A stretch of 64,000 nucleotides of DNA from Chrysomallon squamiferum (Eukaryota; Animalia; Mollusca). Location of the stretch: positions 5,022,001 to 5,086,000 of the forward strand of contig CM022670.1 of NCBI GenBank assembly GCA_012295275.1, written 5' to 3'. Shown piece after piece: positions 1-14,400 of the stretch. The position numbers and the translations under genes are program-made. Every line of letters begins with the position of its first letter. Within the stretch, counting starts at the first letter, position 1. The notes under the pieces are model-generated. The model worked only from the letters and a program-made list of their open reading frames with translations, had not been told where the DNA came from and ran no database searches.

Positions 1-1135
1 TAACCTACATCATGCACAGTAATGTGTGATGCAGCAAGCAGTTTCTGTGAGCTCAAGTGAAATTTTCTTTTTTAAATTCTTGTTAGAGGTTTTATGTTCA
101 CATTATTACCTTTGCCACATAAAATAATCATTTAAATGTTTTTAAAAATATTAGTTACAGAGTGGATTACAAAATGTTAAGTTTTTGAGTCGATTTTATG
201 TGTTACGTGAATTAGTCCGAAATAAAAATCTAATAACGCCTTTATTTTTAAATTGATATTAGAGTTTGGTTGCACATCCTATTTCCAAACCTTCAGTCAA
301 AGATTATCCTTAGTGTTGGTGTTATGGTTTAGTTGCATATCATATCTTCATATCTAAAGTCAGATATCATTTTTTTTTAATGTTAGTGTTTTCAAGTTGT
401 TGGTGCACACCTGTTTTCGTACCTTGAGTAATTATTGTTTTAACTCATTTTACTTGACAATGGTCGTGCAGATAAGTTATATGTGCTTTATTTTATTATT
501 ATTTTTTAATATCTAATCGTTTTTAGAATTACTACTACCCTCCTTTGTTTATTTTTTTTTTCTATAGAGGTGACTAATTAGAGCTTGTAGATGTTGTTTT
601 TTAAAAATAAAGTTAAATTTAATGTTATATTTCTTTGTTTTGTTTATTTTAGAACGTGTGTGTGTGTAACACTGTATTAATCAAACTGATGCAAAGATTC
701 AGTCAAGTAGATAACCATACTATAACCATGAAAATATAACTTTTCAGTAATTATTATTGCATATATTTTCAACATTAATGTAATTTTGACATTTTCATTC
801 TAATAATAATAATAATAATATATATATATACATATCAATTGATTTGAAAAAAGTAGGTAAATATCTGATGAGGAAAAAAAGGATTTTGGAGAATATATGT
901 GAATAAATGAATAAACATTTGTAAAAATATGCAATTTTTATTAAATAAAAAATGTTTTGGAAAGTCTTTGATATGTAGTTTGCTGAAGCAAAAATCATAT
1001 GATATTTGATATGCCTATGAAAATATTGACTGGAATGTGAAAAGCTTAATGAACCAAAATGAGGTGAATTGGTTTTGTAGTTCACTGGTACTCAGATGAG
1101 TTAACTATAAGTTAAGATTTAGCTTTATCTGTAGT

Positions 1136-1185
<50 letters not shown>

Positions 1186-1879
1186 GTGATTTTGTGCATT
1201 GGAAATCTGATTTTAAAAATTCATTTTGTTACAATTAAATTCATTATGTTGTGAAATTACATCTGAAAAAACTTCATACATTTCAACACACTTGCATCAC
1301 GTTACACTGAACAACTTAAAATCGTTATATTTCTGGAAATTATTTCACAAACAGAACAGCAAACTATTATTAATATCATCATCATCATCATTATGAAAAA
1401 ATTACAAAAGAAAGAAAAAGTTTACTTTTAAAATTTAATTTTAGTCTAGCGAAAGACACAAAAACTTCTGACGCAATCGATTGTCTAAACAAAGCGAATA
1501 GGATAAATACAAATTAAAAAGGACAGCAATTTCAATGAAAAAGAAAGAAAAAGAAAAGGTCCATACATCAGAACGAAAACAATAATAAAATGACGATATC
1601 TTTGACATTAATTACGTATGACAACAAACGTAAGAAATATTAATATATTTATTTTTTTGTCATGAAAAATTCAGAAAGGGAAACCCAAAAACAGGTGTTT
1701 TCTATATTTAGATTATGGGATTACATCCCTTGTTCTTGACGTCATCGGCATCTTTATATGGTACTAGTGAAACAACTACATACAAGCAATGTTATTCACA
1801 CTCCGTTAATTAATTAAGTATGAAAACAAATAATTATTTAATTTATTTATTTGTTCCTCCACACATTATTTATTTACCA

Positions 1880-1926
<47 letters not shown>

Positions 1927-2561
1927 GTAACAACAACAACAACAAACTTCAGTGCAACTATTACATATAATTTGATGTTAAGTTTATTAACGCTAAAGCA
2001 ATAATTCAATCATTGCTTTGTAAAATAAATTGAATGTGTATTTAATTTTATGTGTGAGTGAATGCATATTTTTGTACGTGTGTATACTAGTATGTAATAA
2101 CTGATAAATAAATAAAATTCAGATATATAGTACTGTTTATGAAGCTGAGTAATCTAGGATTATCACAACTGGTGTCTTTTCTTTGAAGCATTTTTTATCT
2201 GTTATTATTTTAAGGATAATAACGACCATGATACGAAACATTAATCATTTACATTTGTATGCCAGATCACTATCAAATTATCTACTTATTTTCATTTGAT
2301 TCATGCTTAATAAACGTTCTACGGTACGTTCATGACGTTGAAAAAAAGAAAAAGAAAAAATGCTTACTGTTGAGGTATAGCATGCCGACAGACTGTTGTG
2401 TGTAACAGTGGGTGGTTGTGTTTTAGACATTATTGTGTTTTTATACACAACAACCCGGATGTAGACGTCAGGCACAGAAAAGTCGTAGTTGTCATACAAG
2501 GAAAAAACTGAGATAAATAACTTTAAAACGTGTAGACTTTTGTTTTTGAAGTGTTATTAAC

Positions 2562-5500
2562 ATGACTACTCCAGCTAGAAGAAGGCTAATGCGTGATTTT
2601 AAGAGGTATCAATTTCTGTTAACTTAATTTGCAACATTACAGTTATTGTCCTACCGTAATCTCTCCATAACAATCCAAAATGGACGCTTTTGTGTACAGT
2701 CAAGTTATTATGGATAAATCAGCTAGTGTTTTCGGAACTACTCTGTAGAAAAATATGTATGAGAGGTAATGAATTAAATTTAAATGTTAAAGTTTCTTTA
2801 TTCTGTCCTATTAGATTACAAGAAGACCCACCTGCTGGAGTGAGTGGAGCCCCAACTGAGACGAATATAATGGTGTGGAATGCTGTGATATTTGGGTGAG
2901 ATTTTTGATCAATTTAATCACTGTATTTTGTATTGAAAATCCATGTAAACGGACATATTTCGTGTTTTAAATTCATTAATAATATATTTGCTAAAATAGG
3001 TGAAACTATATTAATAACGTTTTATATAAAAAAGAAATTAAAGGAATAATATTAATAATAAGTACAATAATATTACTGTAAGTGTAACTATTAAAATAAA
3101 TATGATGTATTTGATAATTCATTTCATAATTAATTAATCATGTTAGCAGTAACGTTGTAAAATTTCATAAAATGCTGCTGTTTCGGCATATATTTAAGCA
3201 ATTATACTAAACATCATCTAATGTCTTACAAAAATTCTGTTTTTAAATACAAGTTTCACAGTTTGCTGTTGTCATTGTTTTGTCTTTGTGCAAAAGAAAA
3301 TTATTTTATCCATAATAATTAAAATTTAGATTAGTTACTTTCTTTAGTTTCTTCATTCTTGGCATTTTTATTTAGTAAAATTATGTGGTTATTAAAGGTA
3401 GATTTGTCATATTAAAAAAGGACATTGCTAATACAGAACATATATAAAAAAAAATGTGATGACAAAATCTGAATGTAAACTGTTTTGTACTTAGATAAAA
3501 TGGTAATAAAATTATTATGAATAAGCTTTTTCTTTTTGAAAAGGGATACTGTCATAGTAAAACATTAAGGTTATTATAAGAAAAAACTTTTCAAATAATT
3601 ATTTTTAAGTAATTTGATACAACATGAAACTCATGTAAGGTTTTAATTCACGTATTTGTATAAATATTAAAATAAGATTCAACAAAATTATATACTGAAT
3701 TTTCTGTTTGCCGTTATTTGTATGAAATCCATTATAAAAAAGTTAAGATTTTAAGGAATGGTGTAAATGATATAATTCTAATATTTTGTTAAAAATTTTT
3801 TTATTATTTTGGGTTATGATATTGTTTCCTTTCAAACTTTTCATGAAGCCATACATAATTTTGTTTATGTCAGTTTCATAAAACCTTGACAAGTTATATA
3901 ATATTTGTCATTTCATAAAAAAAATATGAAGTAAAAACAAATGAATGCTAAAATAAAACATCGAAATACATCTCATTACAGAATACATGAAATGTGTGAT
4001 TAAAAAGTTGCTTTGAAATTTAATTTTAAATAATAGCATTTGTTATGTTTATATTAACAAAGTCGACAGTTTTGTTTTGAAATGGTTACCCAAATGTTTA
4101 ATTTTTTAAGTACATTTAGAATATTTATATTTTCAAAAAATATATATATTTTGTTTTTTAGTCCACATGATACTCCATTTGAAGATGGCACATTCAAATT
4201 GACAATAGAATTTACAGAAGAATATCCCAATAAACCTCCTATAGTTAGATTTGTTTCAAAAATGTTTCATCCAAATGGTAAGTGTATACTTAGTCAAATG
4301 TTAAAATCTTTTGAAACAATGCATTTACTTGGTAAACTTAGTTTGATGTCTTCATTTCTTCAAACATTCTGATTTAATAATATTTAAAAATAAGAAAATC
4401 ATTCTAAAGATGTTTCAAGTTTCTTTTAATGAATAAAATGTTATGTGTTTTATTAATTTTTATAATTCCTAAAAGGGTTGTTTCAGAATTCAAATATTCT
4501 TTCAAGTCTGAGCTGTGCAGTTCATTAAATAATACAGTTTACAATAATTTATCAACATGATTACCTAGCTATGTGGTAATGGTGGGTTTATTTTTCAGTG
4601 TATGCAGATGGCAGTATATGTTTAGATATTTTACAAAACAGATGGAGTCCTACATATGATGTATCAGCCATCCTTACGTCTATTCAGGTAACTTCATTAA
4701 AAAAATCTTCAATTAAAATTGCAGCTTATTTTATTTAATTTTTTTTTTTTTTTTTTTTACAGAATATAATCTTGGGGAATGTGTCCTTTTTTAAATAAAT
4801 ATTTGGAAAAAAAGAAAGTAATGATTAATTATTGGTGCTTTTATTAATAGTGATTGTATTTTTTTTACCCAGAGTGAATAACATGGTTTTATGTATAACA
4901 ATGACATTTCAGAAAATATTCTTGAAGAAATAGCAGTTACACAATAAAAACACTTATTTATTTATTATTATTATTATTTTTTACAACTTTTATCTTGACC
5001 ACTTTATAAAGGAAACGTTCATTTAATGGAGTTTTTTTTAACATTTTCAACAGGAATTCCATGAATAGTATTTTACAATATTTTGTTTTTGATTTTTTTT
5101 TTGGCCTGCCATCATGTCCAGCTCATCATCATTCATCATTTTCAGTAAAGGATAACAAATTAACACATTTGACAATTCACAGTTAATAGATAGCGTTAAA
5201 AAACTTTATATAAACCATTTAGCATTGTTAATCATAGTGTAATAAATTATTTTTAAAAATATGCAACTGTGAATAATGATAATTTGCCGTAACAAACATT
5301 TTGTTTTTTAATTTCATTTAACAGATGATTTTTAAAAAGTTTTATTAAAGCACTTAGCATTATATAATCATTGTGTAATAAATTATATAAAAATGTACAA
5401 CTGCGAATGATAATAACAATTTCCCTTATTGTCCAACCTTTCATTTTTTTTAATAAGAAGGAAAAGAAACAATTAAATATAGATATGTAATTCTTATAAA

Positions 5501-6548
5501 TATTAATTTATCAATAATTTTCACTTTCTTTACAATTCACAATTTTGTGTTTGTTGTTACTGCACTGTCTTTGTTTGTCAGAAATTTTATAACATTTAAA
5601 ACCTTTTTTGAACTTTAACCGCATAAAATTTTGTATTAAAAATAATTTATAGCACATTTCAAAAGAATAAAAAATGAAAAAATAAAGTGAAAAAAATTAA
5701 TAATAATAAAAGGAGAAGAAGAAAAGAAAAATAATAATAATTTTTGAAAGTAGATTTGATTTTCTTCTTTTCTTCTTGTAGTCTCTACTTCATGATCCGA
5801 ACCCTAATAGCCCAGCCAACAATGAGGCTGCCCAGTTGTATCGGGAAAACAGGCGTGAATATGAGAAAAAAGTAGCCGCAATTGTTCAGGAAAGTTGGAA
5901 TGATGATGAGGAAGAGGACTGCATGGCCTCTTAGCACAAGTCTCAAAATAATTAACTTTTCATGTAACATGGCACATTATTTTGGTAGTGGGACAGACGT
6001 GTAATGTTTTAGCTGTGTAAACTACCAATCCATCTACCAAATGCTTTATTTTTATTATTCTTTTTCTAAATTATTATTATTTTATTATTTTTTAAATTGT
6101 TGTCATTTTTGTCATAACCCACGAAGAAATTGGCACATACTGAACTTTTGGGTAAATCCATTTCCTATTTTCTATGTTTTTATTTTTTATTTGTTTTTTT
6201 AATTATTTCATATTTTTTATTTTTTTTACTTGATGATTATCTGTTATTAGGCATTTATATTTTCACTAGGCCAGCTTAGAGAACTAGATTTTAACAGTCC
6301 ATAGTCCATACTAAGTTCCTATCTTTCATTCATTTTTTAAAATTTTCTTTTTTCTTGTCTGTCTTTTTTTTTTTTTTTTAATTAAGCTTCATTACTTTCA
6401 GTCTTTGTTAGATGAACCTAACCCAAACAGTCCAGCAAATAATTTAGCTGCACAGTTATATCAAGAAAATCGTCGAGAATATGAAAAGAAAGTCAAAGTT
6501 GTTGTTGAAGAAAGTTGGATTTACCTTGGTGAAGTACCAGAACGTTGA
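2562..6548 (+). CDS. UBE2A: Ubiquitin-conjugating enzyme E2 Rad6 (UBE2A/B ortholog) with two alternative terminal exons
   Basis: Exons 2562-2605 ([15 protein letters not shown]), 2815-2895 ([21 protein letters not shown]), 4162-4277 ([17 protein letters not shown]) and 4599-4687 ([22 protein letters not shown]; catalytic Cys88), then either 5782-5934 (160-aa product) or 6402-6548 (158-aa product). All introns are GT-AG and the phases are consistent. Confidence 0.97.
5782..5934 (+). CDS. UBE2A: Rad6 terminal exon 5a (acidic-tail isoform)
   Basis: Acceptor tttcttcttgtag, then [50 protein letters not shown]; phase 0 matches exon 4. Confidence 0.9.
   Translation, partial: SLLHDPNPNSPANNEAAQLYRENRREYEKKVAAIVQESWNDDEEEDCMAS
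6402..6548 (+). CDS. UBE2A: Rad6 terminal exon 5b (non-acidic isoform)
   Basis: Acceptor attactttcag, then [48 protein letters not shown]; AATAAA at 6582-6587. Confidence 0.92.
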   Translation, partial: SLLDEPNPNSPANNLAAQLYQENRREYEKKVKVVVEESWIYLGEVPER

Positions 6549-9310
6549 TCCTGTAATTTTTGTTTGTTCTGAAATTTTGTAAATAAATTTCACGCTTTGT
6601 TAGAAAGGCTCATACTCTTTGGAACCCAGCTCAGTTAATATTTCACTAACAACCAAGCCCACTTAAAAAAAGAACAGTTGGGTTCCAGCAAAAGAAGAAA
6701 AAGTTTGATGATCTTTCTTTCTGATTTGTTTTCAGAATTTTAGAATTGTTTTTAAATAATAACAGAGTTTAACAAAATAAACAATACAGACTGGTTTTAT
6801 TTTTTATTATTACTATTAAAGGGAATCTCAGTTCATTAAGCCAAAATTATTATTATTATTATTTTTTTTTTTTCAAAAACCAGACCTGGTGAATTTTGTT
6901 TTAAAGACTTGTCATTATCAGATTATGTGTAAACGTTTTATTAATTTATTATTATTATTCTTTTCCCCACTGACATGGCACAAAAAAATTAAAACGATAA
7001 AATGTAAATTATTAGACAGTAGGCAGGAAACTTTTCTCATGCCACTAAAATTTTCTACAGTTAAGAAAATGAAAAAAAAATGAAAATGAAGGGGGAAAAA
7101 GAAGAAGAAAAAAAAAAAAAGAGTTAAAATTGTGCCATGAATTGTCTGGCAGGACTGATGACTCGACTGCATTATTTATTATAAGAGTTGTGTTCCTGGC
7201 AGATTTCCTAATCATAATTTTCTAATGTTATTTAGCGAGATTTTGATATTGAATGATTTGACTTTTGCTTGTTTCTAAAGATTGGAACAGTTTTTAAAAA
7301 TGAATTATAACAGCGTTTAATGTAATATAAATTTAAAAAAGAAAAGAGGAATGTTTATGCCAGTTTCCATGGCTGCTGCTTGTAGTGTTTCAACTATTGT
7401 CGCGTTAACCAGTGAACATGTTAAGTGGAAGTATTCGTAATTTAGATAGTGAAAGACTGGAGTTAATAAGCCAGTTTGATTTTTGAAAACAATTTTTAAT
7501 GTTAAAAATTCCTAAATTTATATTGTGATGTTACACACAGTCTGTCTTCATCTGCAAGTTCCAATGGCCCATTCTTTTTTTATTTTTTTATTTGTTCTTA
7601 ATGTGTGCCATTATTTTATTACTTCCTTGAGAAAAATACATCGTTCATTATTTATATTTTTGTTGTGATAATAATAGCATATTTTTAATATAAAAAAATC
7701 TGTGTGCTGTTACTAAAAGCAGTGAAAAGAAAGAAATACCTTACACCAAAATAAAATTATTTTAGGATTTATACTGTATTTGGAAAAATAAAATAATATA
7801 TATGTAAACACAAGTCAGATTTAGTTCATGTACATCACTATTAGTGTATTGGAGTATTGGTCATTGGTGCCTTTTAGTTGATATACACAGTGATGTACAT
7901 CAATTATTTGGAAATGTTTTTAAGTGTGCTATGTACATGATGGTGTATTTATTTGCAGATGTTCAAGGGGTTTTGAAAGAATTATATTTTCAAATCAAAG
8001 ATGTAATTATACATGTGTACAGACTGCTTATATACATGTAATCATGTATTTATCAGTTACGTACAAATTGAACAATGTGTATTTGGTGCCATCCTTGTGA
8101 AGTGGTAACCCTTTCCCGATACATACTTGTAACTAACAAGTTTAATTTATATTCTGCAGAAATTGCTTAAAGCTGTTGTTTTTTTTCTATTCTATTCTTA
8201 TGTAATGTTTTTAGTAAATGGATTTCAGGCTAAAAGAGAAATAGTTAAAATCTTATGAGGGTCGTTGCTTTATGTGAACTTGTTTTGTAAATCTGTATGG
8301 AATGCACAGGCAATACTTGTGTTCATAAGACTATAAGTCTTTCTGTAGTACTGTACAAAGTGTAATAAATAACATAACTAATTTTCATGTGTTGTCTTGC
8401 TTTGAAAGCTGGGATGTAGATATCAGCCTGAAGCTGAGTGAATTCATTGATGATCTGTGATAGGGTGGTCAGAGCTGCAGGAAATACATTTGTTCTTATT
8501 GGTAGCACTCACTCAGGATAGGAAGATGACATTCACAAGAAATATTAGTTAATAATAGATCTTTACATATCAAAGGTAGCTTACCAGTTGGATGCGTAAC
8601 CTCGGAATTGTTGAAATTATAACACTTGCACAGTTCTTAAAAGAAGAAAATTTGTAGTCTGACTGCTATTGATTGTTAAAAAAAACGAGAGGATGCAGAT
8701 ATTTACATTTTAATGTTTGACATTATTTGAATTTTTTTTCTAAAAATTGTGGAACTGAAAATTAATTTCTAATGTTAGAAGACTAACAACATCAGAGATC
8801 CATGAAATGGAATTTACTAGTGATATTCATGATGGTTTAAAAAAAAAAAAATAATTTAAAATAAAATGGACAAATAGGATTATGATCCTCTGGTACAACA
8901 GTGTACACTGGAGAATGCAGAGCTGTGAATACTAAAATAATTACAGCTTACCGATGAAGCAGGTAATAACAACTCCATGACTGTTTACTATATGAAACTT
9001 TTTCCTGCACAAATGAAGACAGAAATAAATGTGAATGATAAAGAATCTTCAAACTGCCTCTTTACTTCTTGTAAATGATCCTTGATATCCACTGCAGTTT
9101 TAATTCCTATGTTGAAAGGAAATGATCCAAATTGAAAATGTACGATAAATGCCCTACAAAGGTCTTAAGTGATAAATATTTTTTGTAAGAAAACTAATCA
9201 CAGATTATTAAAAGGAGATGTGCACATATTTTATATCAATAATGTCGTACAATGGTTTGTTAATGTCACATATGTTTGCTATTCAAGTGAAGTAATAAAT
9301 AAATAATGCA

Positions 9311-11362
9311 TCAAATAGCTTTAGGTCTCTGTGGCATGCACAGATTGTAATGAGCTTTGTTGTCCCAGAAGTCTGGTCCCTTCCATCCACACCAACCCTG
9401 CAGAAATAAACACTTCGTCTTTAAATATTGTTTTTAAATATACGGATATACTAAATATGAAATAGCTTTACACTGCAATTCATTCCCAATTTTTTTTATT
9501 ATTATAATTATTATGTCAGATTATTCTAATATAGTTACTTTTTAATTGTGCATATTTATTACTTTTTTTTAAACTATTATTTTTTAAAGGAATTGAGAGA
9601 AACAAATTCAACATTAATACAAATAAACAACACTGTCAGAAAAAGACTTTCTAATGACAAACTAAATTTCATACAGTTTATTGTTTCCCTAAAGAAGAAA
9701 TATAAACTTTTACCAGTATGTTTATTATTATCATCAGTAAAAAATTCAAGGAATCTGGATATAAAATATGTAGTACTCTAATCTAGTCCAGTCTCGAGAG
9801 AAAATCCATTGTATTTTTCTTGTATTCTTCCCATTTTTAGAAGGGCAATCTATATGCATGTAACAAACCAGTATTTTCTTTTTTTTTCATTTTGAAAAAT
9901 TAATCGCCATAATAATGCCATCCTTTTTTAAACTGCTAGACTATCCGAGTATATTAAGCATATTCTCTTTTGTATATTTTATGAGATAGGATAATGAACC
10001 CACCTTCTCTTGTATAACTTTTAAATCCTCTCCACCTGTAAAATGTGGATCAAGAATGAGAAATTTAACATCTCCAGTAACCTCGTTGAAGTCCACACCA
10101 AGTATTGTGTGAGCCAGAACTCCGCCACCTGTCAAAAATAAAAACAACAATATACACAGTAGTATATGATTAAAATTGTAGTTAGTTCTAAAAACTGCCA
10201 TATGATGACGATTGTAACAAAATAATTAAAAATGCTCTTTGTATTGATAAGAGTAGTAAGTAATGAAATTTATTATCATCATAAATTTTTCTCATATATA
10301 TAAAATTATTCTGATAAACCTGTTTGTGATCAAATAAAATTAACAAATATCCTCAAACATGTATGTGTTATATCTGATTTATAAATTTAAGTATTTTGTA
10401 ACACTGTTAAAACTATTTCCATTTGCTATTACTGTTTTGAAAGCAAACATGGATCAAAAATAATAATGCCTTATTCCATAATTAAATACAAATTTAAAAA
10501 TAAATTAAAATAGTATAGCGATAAACAATCCTTATAACTACTAACCTATCATTATCGGCGAGCCTTGAGTGATAAAGTGATTACAGAGTTCTCTCCCTTT
10601 ACCAGCCAATTCTGAACCCTGGCTGACACTCATAATTTTTGATGTCACCTATGTTAAAAACACATAAAAATAGACTTAAAATAAAATTTTATAAAATAAA
10701 ATGAAAATAATAATAATACAGAGCTAATAAAATATTATATATGCATACTATATTCAGATTTCTGGAACATTTTAGTTAAAATTCAGTTATTTATGTAAGC
10801 CTATGGGGCTTTCTTAATTTATTTTTTATTTGTGTTTATTCTTTCCTTTGTTTTATGTGTATTTGATTTTTATCACCTTACTATGTTTTACTGTTAACAA
10901 TGGTTTGAAATGATAAAAAGAGCTAAAGAATGTTCACCACAGCAAGGGCTACTTTAATATATTTACTACACATTTTCCCCATGTCAGTAAATAAACAAAA
11001 AATAGTGTTAGATGAAATAGTCTGGGTAACCTGAATAATCTTTTAATCTTGATATTAACAGAATGATGCTTTATCACTTCTGCAGTTTTCACTGTAACCT
11101 TCAGGGAGATATATAACAAAAAACAAAAAAACAATGCTTCCTATTTTTTGTTCTGCTTTCCATTTCTCTCTTTTCCTGAATTTTGACACTCTTTTGTCTG
11201 TATGTTTGTATGTTTGTAATTTTATGTACCTGTATCAAATGCTCAAGACAGAAGCTGACTTCTAGCGATCCTATCCACTGTCTGCTTCCAACAAATGATG
11301 AATTCTTGTCACCAACATCTACCAGAGCCTGCAGTAATAACAATAACAATAACAATAACATC

Positions 11363-11414
<52 letters not shown>

Positions 11415-14400
11415 GTAAAAATAATAATAGTAAATGGTAATAATAAAAATAAAATATTAATAAATGGTAACAATAGTGATAATAATAATAATAAGATGAA
11501 GAATAAACAAAAATATTACTCTTTTAGCATAAAATTATGGGTAACATTTTGTTCTTACATTAACAAACACTGCACAGACAAATATAAAACCCATGAAATA
11601 GTTACAATCTGCAACTCTTGACCGAGTGAGATAAAAAAGGCATTCGTTTTTTTTCAACAAGATAATTAGAAATTAGAATCCCACTTAACTGCTGTATTTC
11701 TTTATGAGTTGGAACGGGTTTTTCTGTGTAACCTTGGAAACGGAACCACGACACAACGGTCTGAAGAGATCGGTATGCACAGCCCCATTTGTTGTCATCG
11801 AAATGATCCTGCATGTAATGGTGGTACGTGTACTTTCCTTCCACAATACACGGCTGACTGTTCTTCACTGCAATGTTAAACACTCAGTTGTGAAAACTAA
11901 ACAATACAAACAACAACAACAACAATAACAACATTAATAATAATAGTTACAACAACAAACAACAGTAATAACAACATTAATAATAATAGTTACAATAATT
12001 CTAATAATAATAATAATAATAATAAATAGTTTACACTTGTTATTTTTTGGGGTGGAGAGGGGTGTTAAATTTTAAAAACATACAAAATATATTTTACCAA
12101 AAATATATTACGATTAAACAAAAATCTTCATTTGGACTTTTTAAACAATTAATAATCATGTATTTATTATTATAAATAAAGCCAGAAATCATTGATTTAT
12201 TTATTTTTTTGCCTTATTTTAAAATCAGGCTCCTAAATGTTTGAATGGTGCATCCTGATGCCATTCACTGATATTTAACAATATTTATATGTGAAATTAT
12301 CTCAACCAAAGTGGCTTAAGTCTAAATAACAAAACGTGAACCTTGGACATCTTAGTGGTGTTTATGCATATTCAGTGTGACAAGGTATTAGCTGAATCCC
12401 TCACACATGCTGTTTAATTTTTTTTAAATATCAGTGCTGTGATAAGAGATTCTCACCTCCTGAAGGTGGAAGTCCTATGTGTGGGTTGACAAGGTAACCA
12501 CTGAGTAATGTCTCTCCTGGAAACATGAAAACATTGCTCCTCTTAAACACTGGCCTGTCTGCAGCAATACCGAACAGTTCATGTAGATGTCTTCTTTCTG
12601 TTTCTGAATAAGTATTTAAAAAATTAAATAAATAAATAAAAAGGAAAGAAGAATAAAATAACAATATTAATGTTTATTAAAAATTACTATCAGGCAAGCT
12701 TTAATAATAAACTAGATGTCTAAAGTTTATTCTATGAATTATTTTTTTAGGTTTTTATTTTTGAATATTAGATCTTGTAAAGCTGAACAAACAAAAAACC
12801 CCAGAAACAAATTATGATTAGACGAATATACTATTGATGAAAAGAAAATGAAACAAAAAAAAAAAACGTACAAAAATTTATTCTAAAATGTGGCTGAATA
12901 ATTCATGATTTTATTTTATATATTTATACAGGCAGTACTTGTGCTCATAACACTAAAAGATTTACAGAACAATTCAAAACTTTATTTTACATGTTTTCAA
13001 TATGACAACAGTGATCTTAAATCTTTTTATTTGTGAACAAACTAACATGTATTAGTCACAGCAGAACAAGTCACATGGCATGTTAGGACGCTGTTCGTAT
13101 GTTCAAAATGTTAATAATTTAATTCAATCACTAACATAGCTGTAGGTATATGGTAACTTAAACAAATTATTGTTATGATATTCAGCTTACCTAGTTCCTG
13201 TTCTGAAACTCCTTTTGGGTAAACAACAGAGACAAGGAAAGGTAACTCTCTCGGGCGAATGTGAAAGACTTCAGGAGTGTGAAATTTGTCATTCTGAAGT
13301 GTGCATAAGAAAATAATATTTACAGTTACAGTAAACAAAGATGGAGTTGTATACTATTACAAATCAAATTGCTACAAAGAAATATTTGTTCTAATAGTAA
13401 GAATTTGAAACTTATGCATTGCAATAGATATGATTATAAAAAATATTGAAGAATATTATTAATGCTGTAATTGTAAATCATTTTAAATATTCTGAAATGT
13501 TTTTCAAATAAAAATTCCTATTTTTAGGAAAGCTTGAAATATAGCCTTTGATATTCAAGTAAAGGGATACTGGGGAACTACAGGGAATTGGCTTTTCAAG
13601 CAAGTGTTCTATTCTTCTTGAACCATAAGCCAATGACTAAAATTATTTTCAAAAAAGAACGTTTGAATCTTCTTACAAACAAACTATATTTTATTCTAAA
13701 AAAATTGTGGGAACAAAATATAACTACCTTACAAAACTTTAGAATGCATTTCTTCATTGCCTGAATCTGTGACACTATGGTTTTGTCAAATATGTTCTGT
13801 AAACTTTCCATTTTTGTTCCAGACTTTACCAGTGTGGTAACACTGAGAGGCAGATTAATCTTAACACAGTTGAACTTACCTGGAAAAGACAAGCATAAAT
13901 ATTATTACATGTTAACATATTAACAAGCAGAATTTATAACCACAAGTGAAACACATTTTGTAACAAAATTTGAATTGCATTTTAAATCAATTCTGAAATC
14001 AGTATTAATAACACTGTTGATTCAACAACAAAAAATAAAGTTTGAAATAAATTTATTTTACCAAGTTTGCGATAAATGACAGGAGCACAAGTAGGAATAT
14101 CAATGAAAGCAGCATCTCCACTGGCCAGAAAATACATATCCACTTTCACACAGCTCTGAAATTTAAAAAAGAAAAATGAAAAAGAAATCATATTGCGAAC
14201 AACAAAAAAAAAAAATAATCAATGCAACAAAAATGCACTTACATATATCTTTACAAACAGTTGTTTTTGGGGGCTTCTATTTACTTTATTTTTTTAATAT
14301 AAGAAATTATATTCTTTTGTCACTTAAAACCAATGTTTAATAATAACAAAGAATAACATGAGATTATGAGATTTGAATACATTCGGTGCCATTATGACGT

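Noticed and set aside
1-2300. Possible tail of an upstream gene
   Set aside because: Only AT-rich spurious ORFs; no supportable exon.
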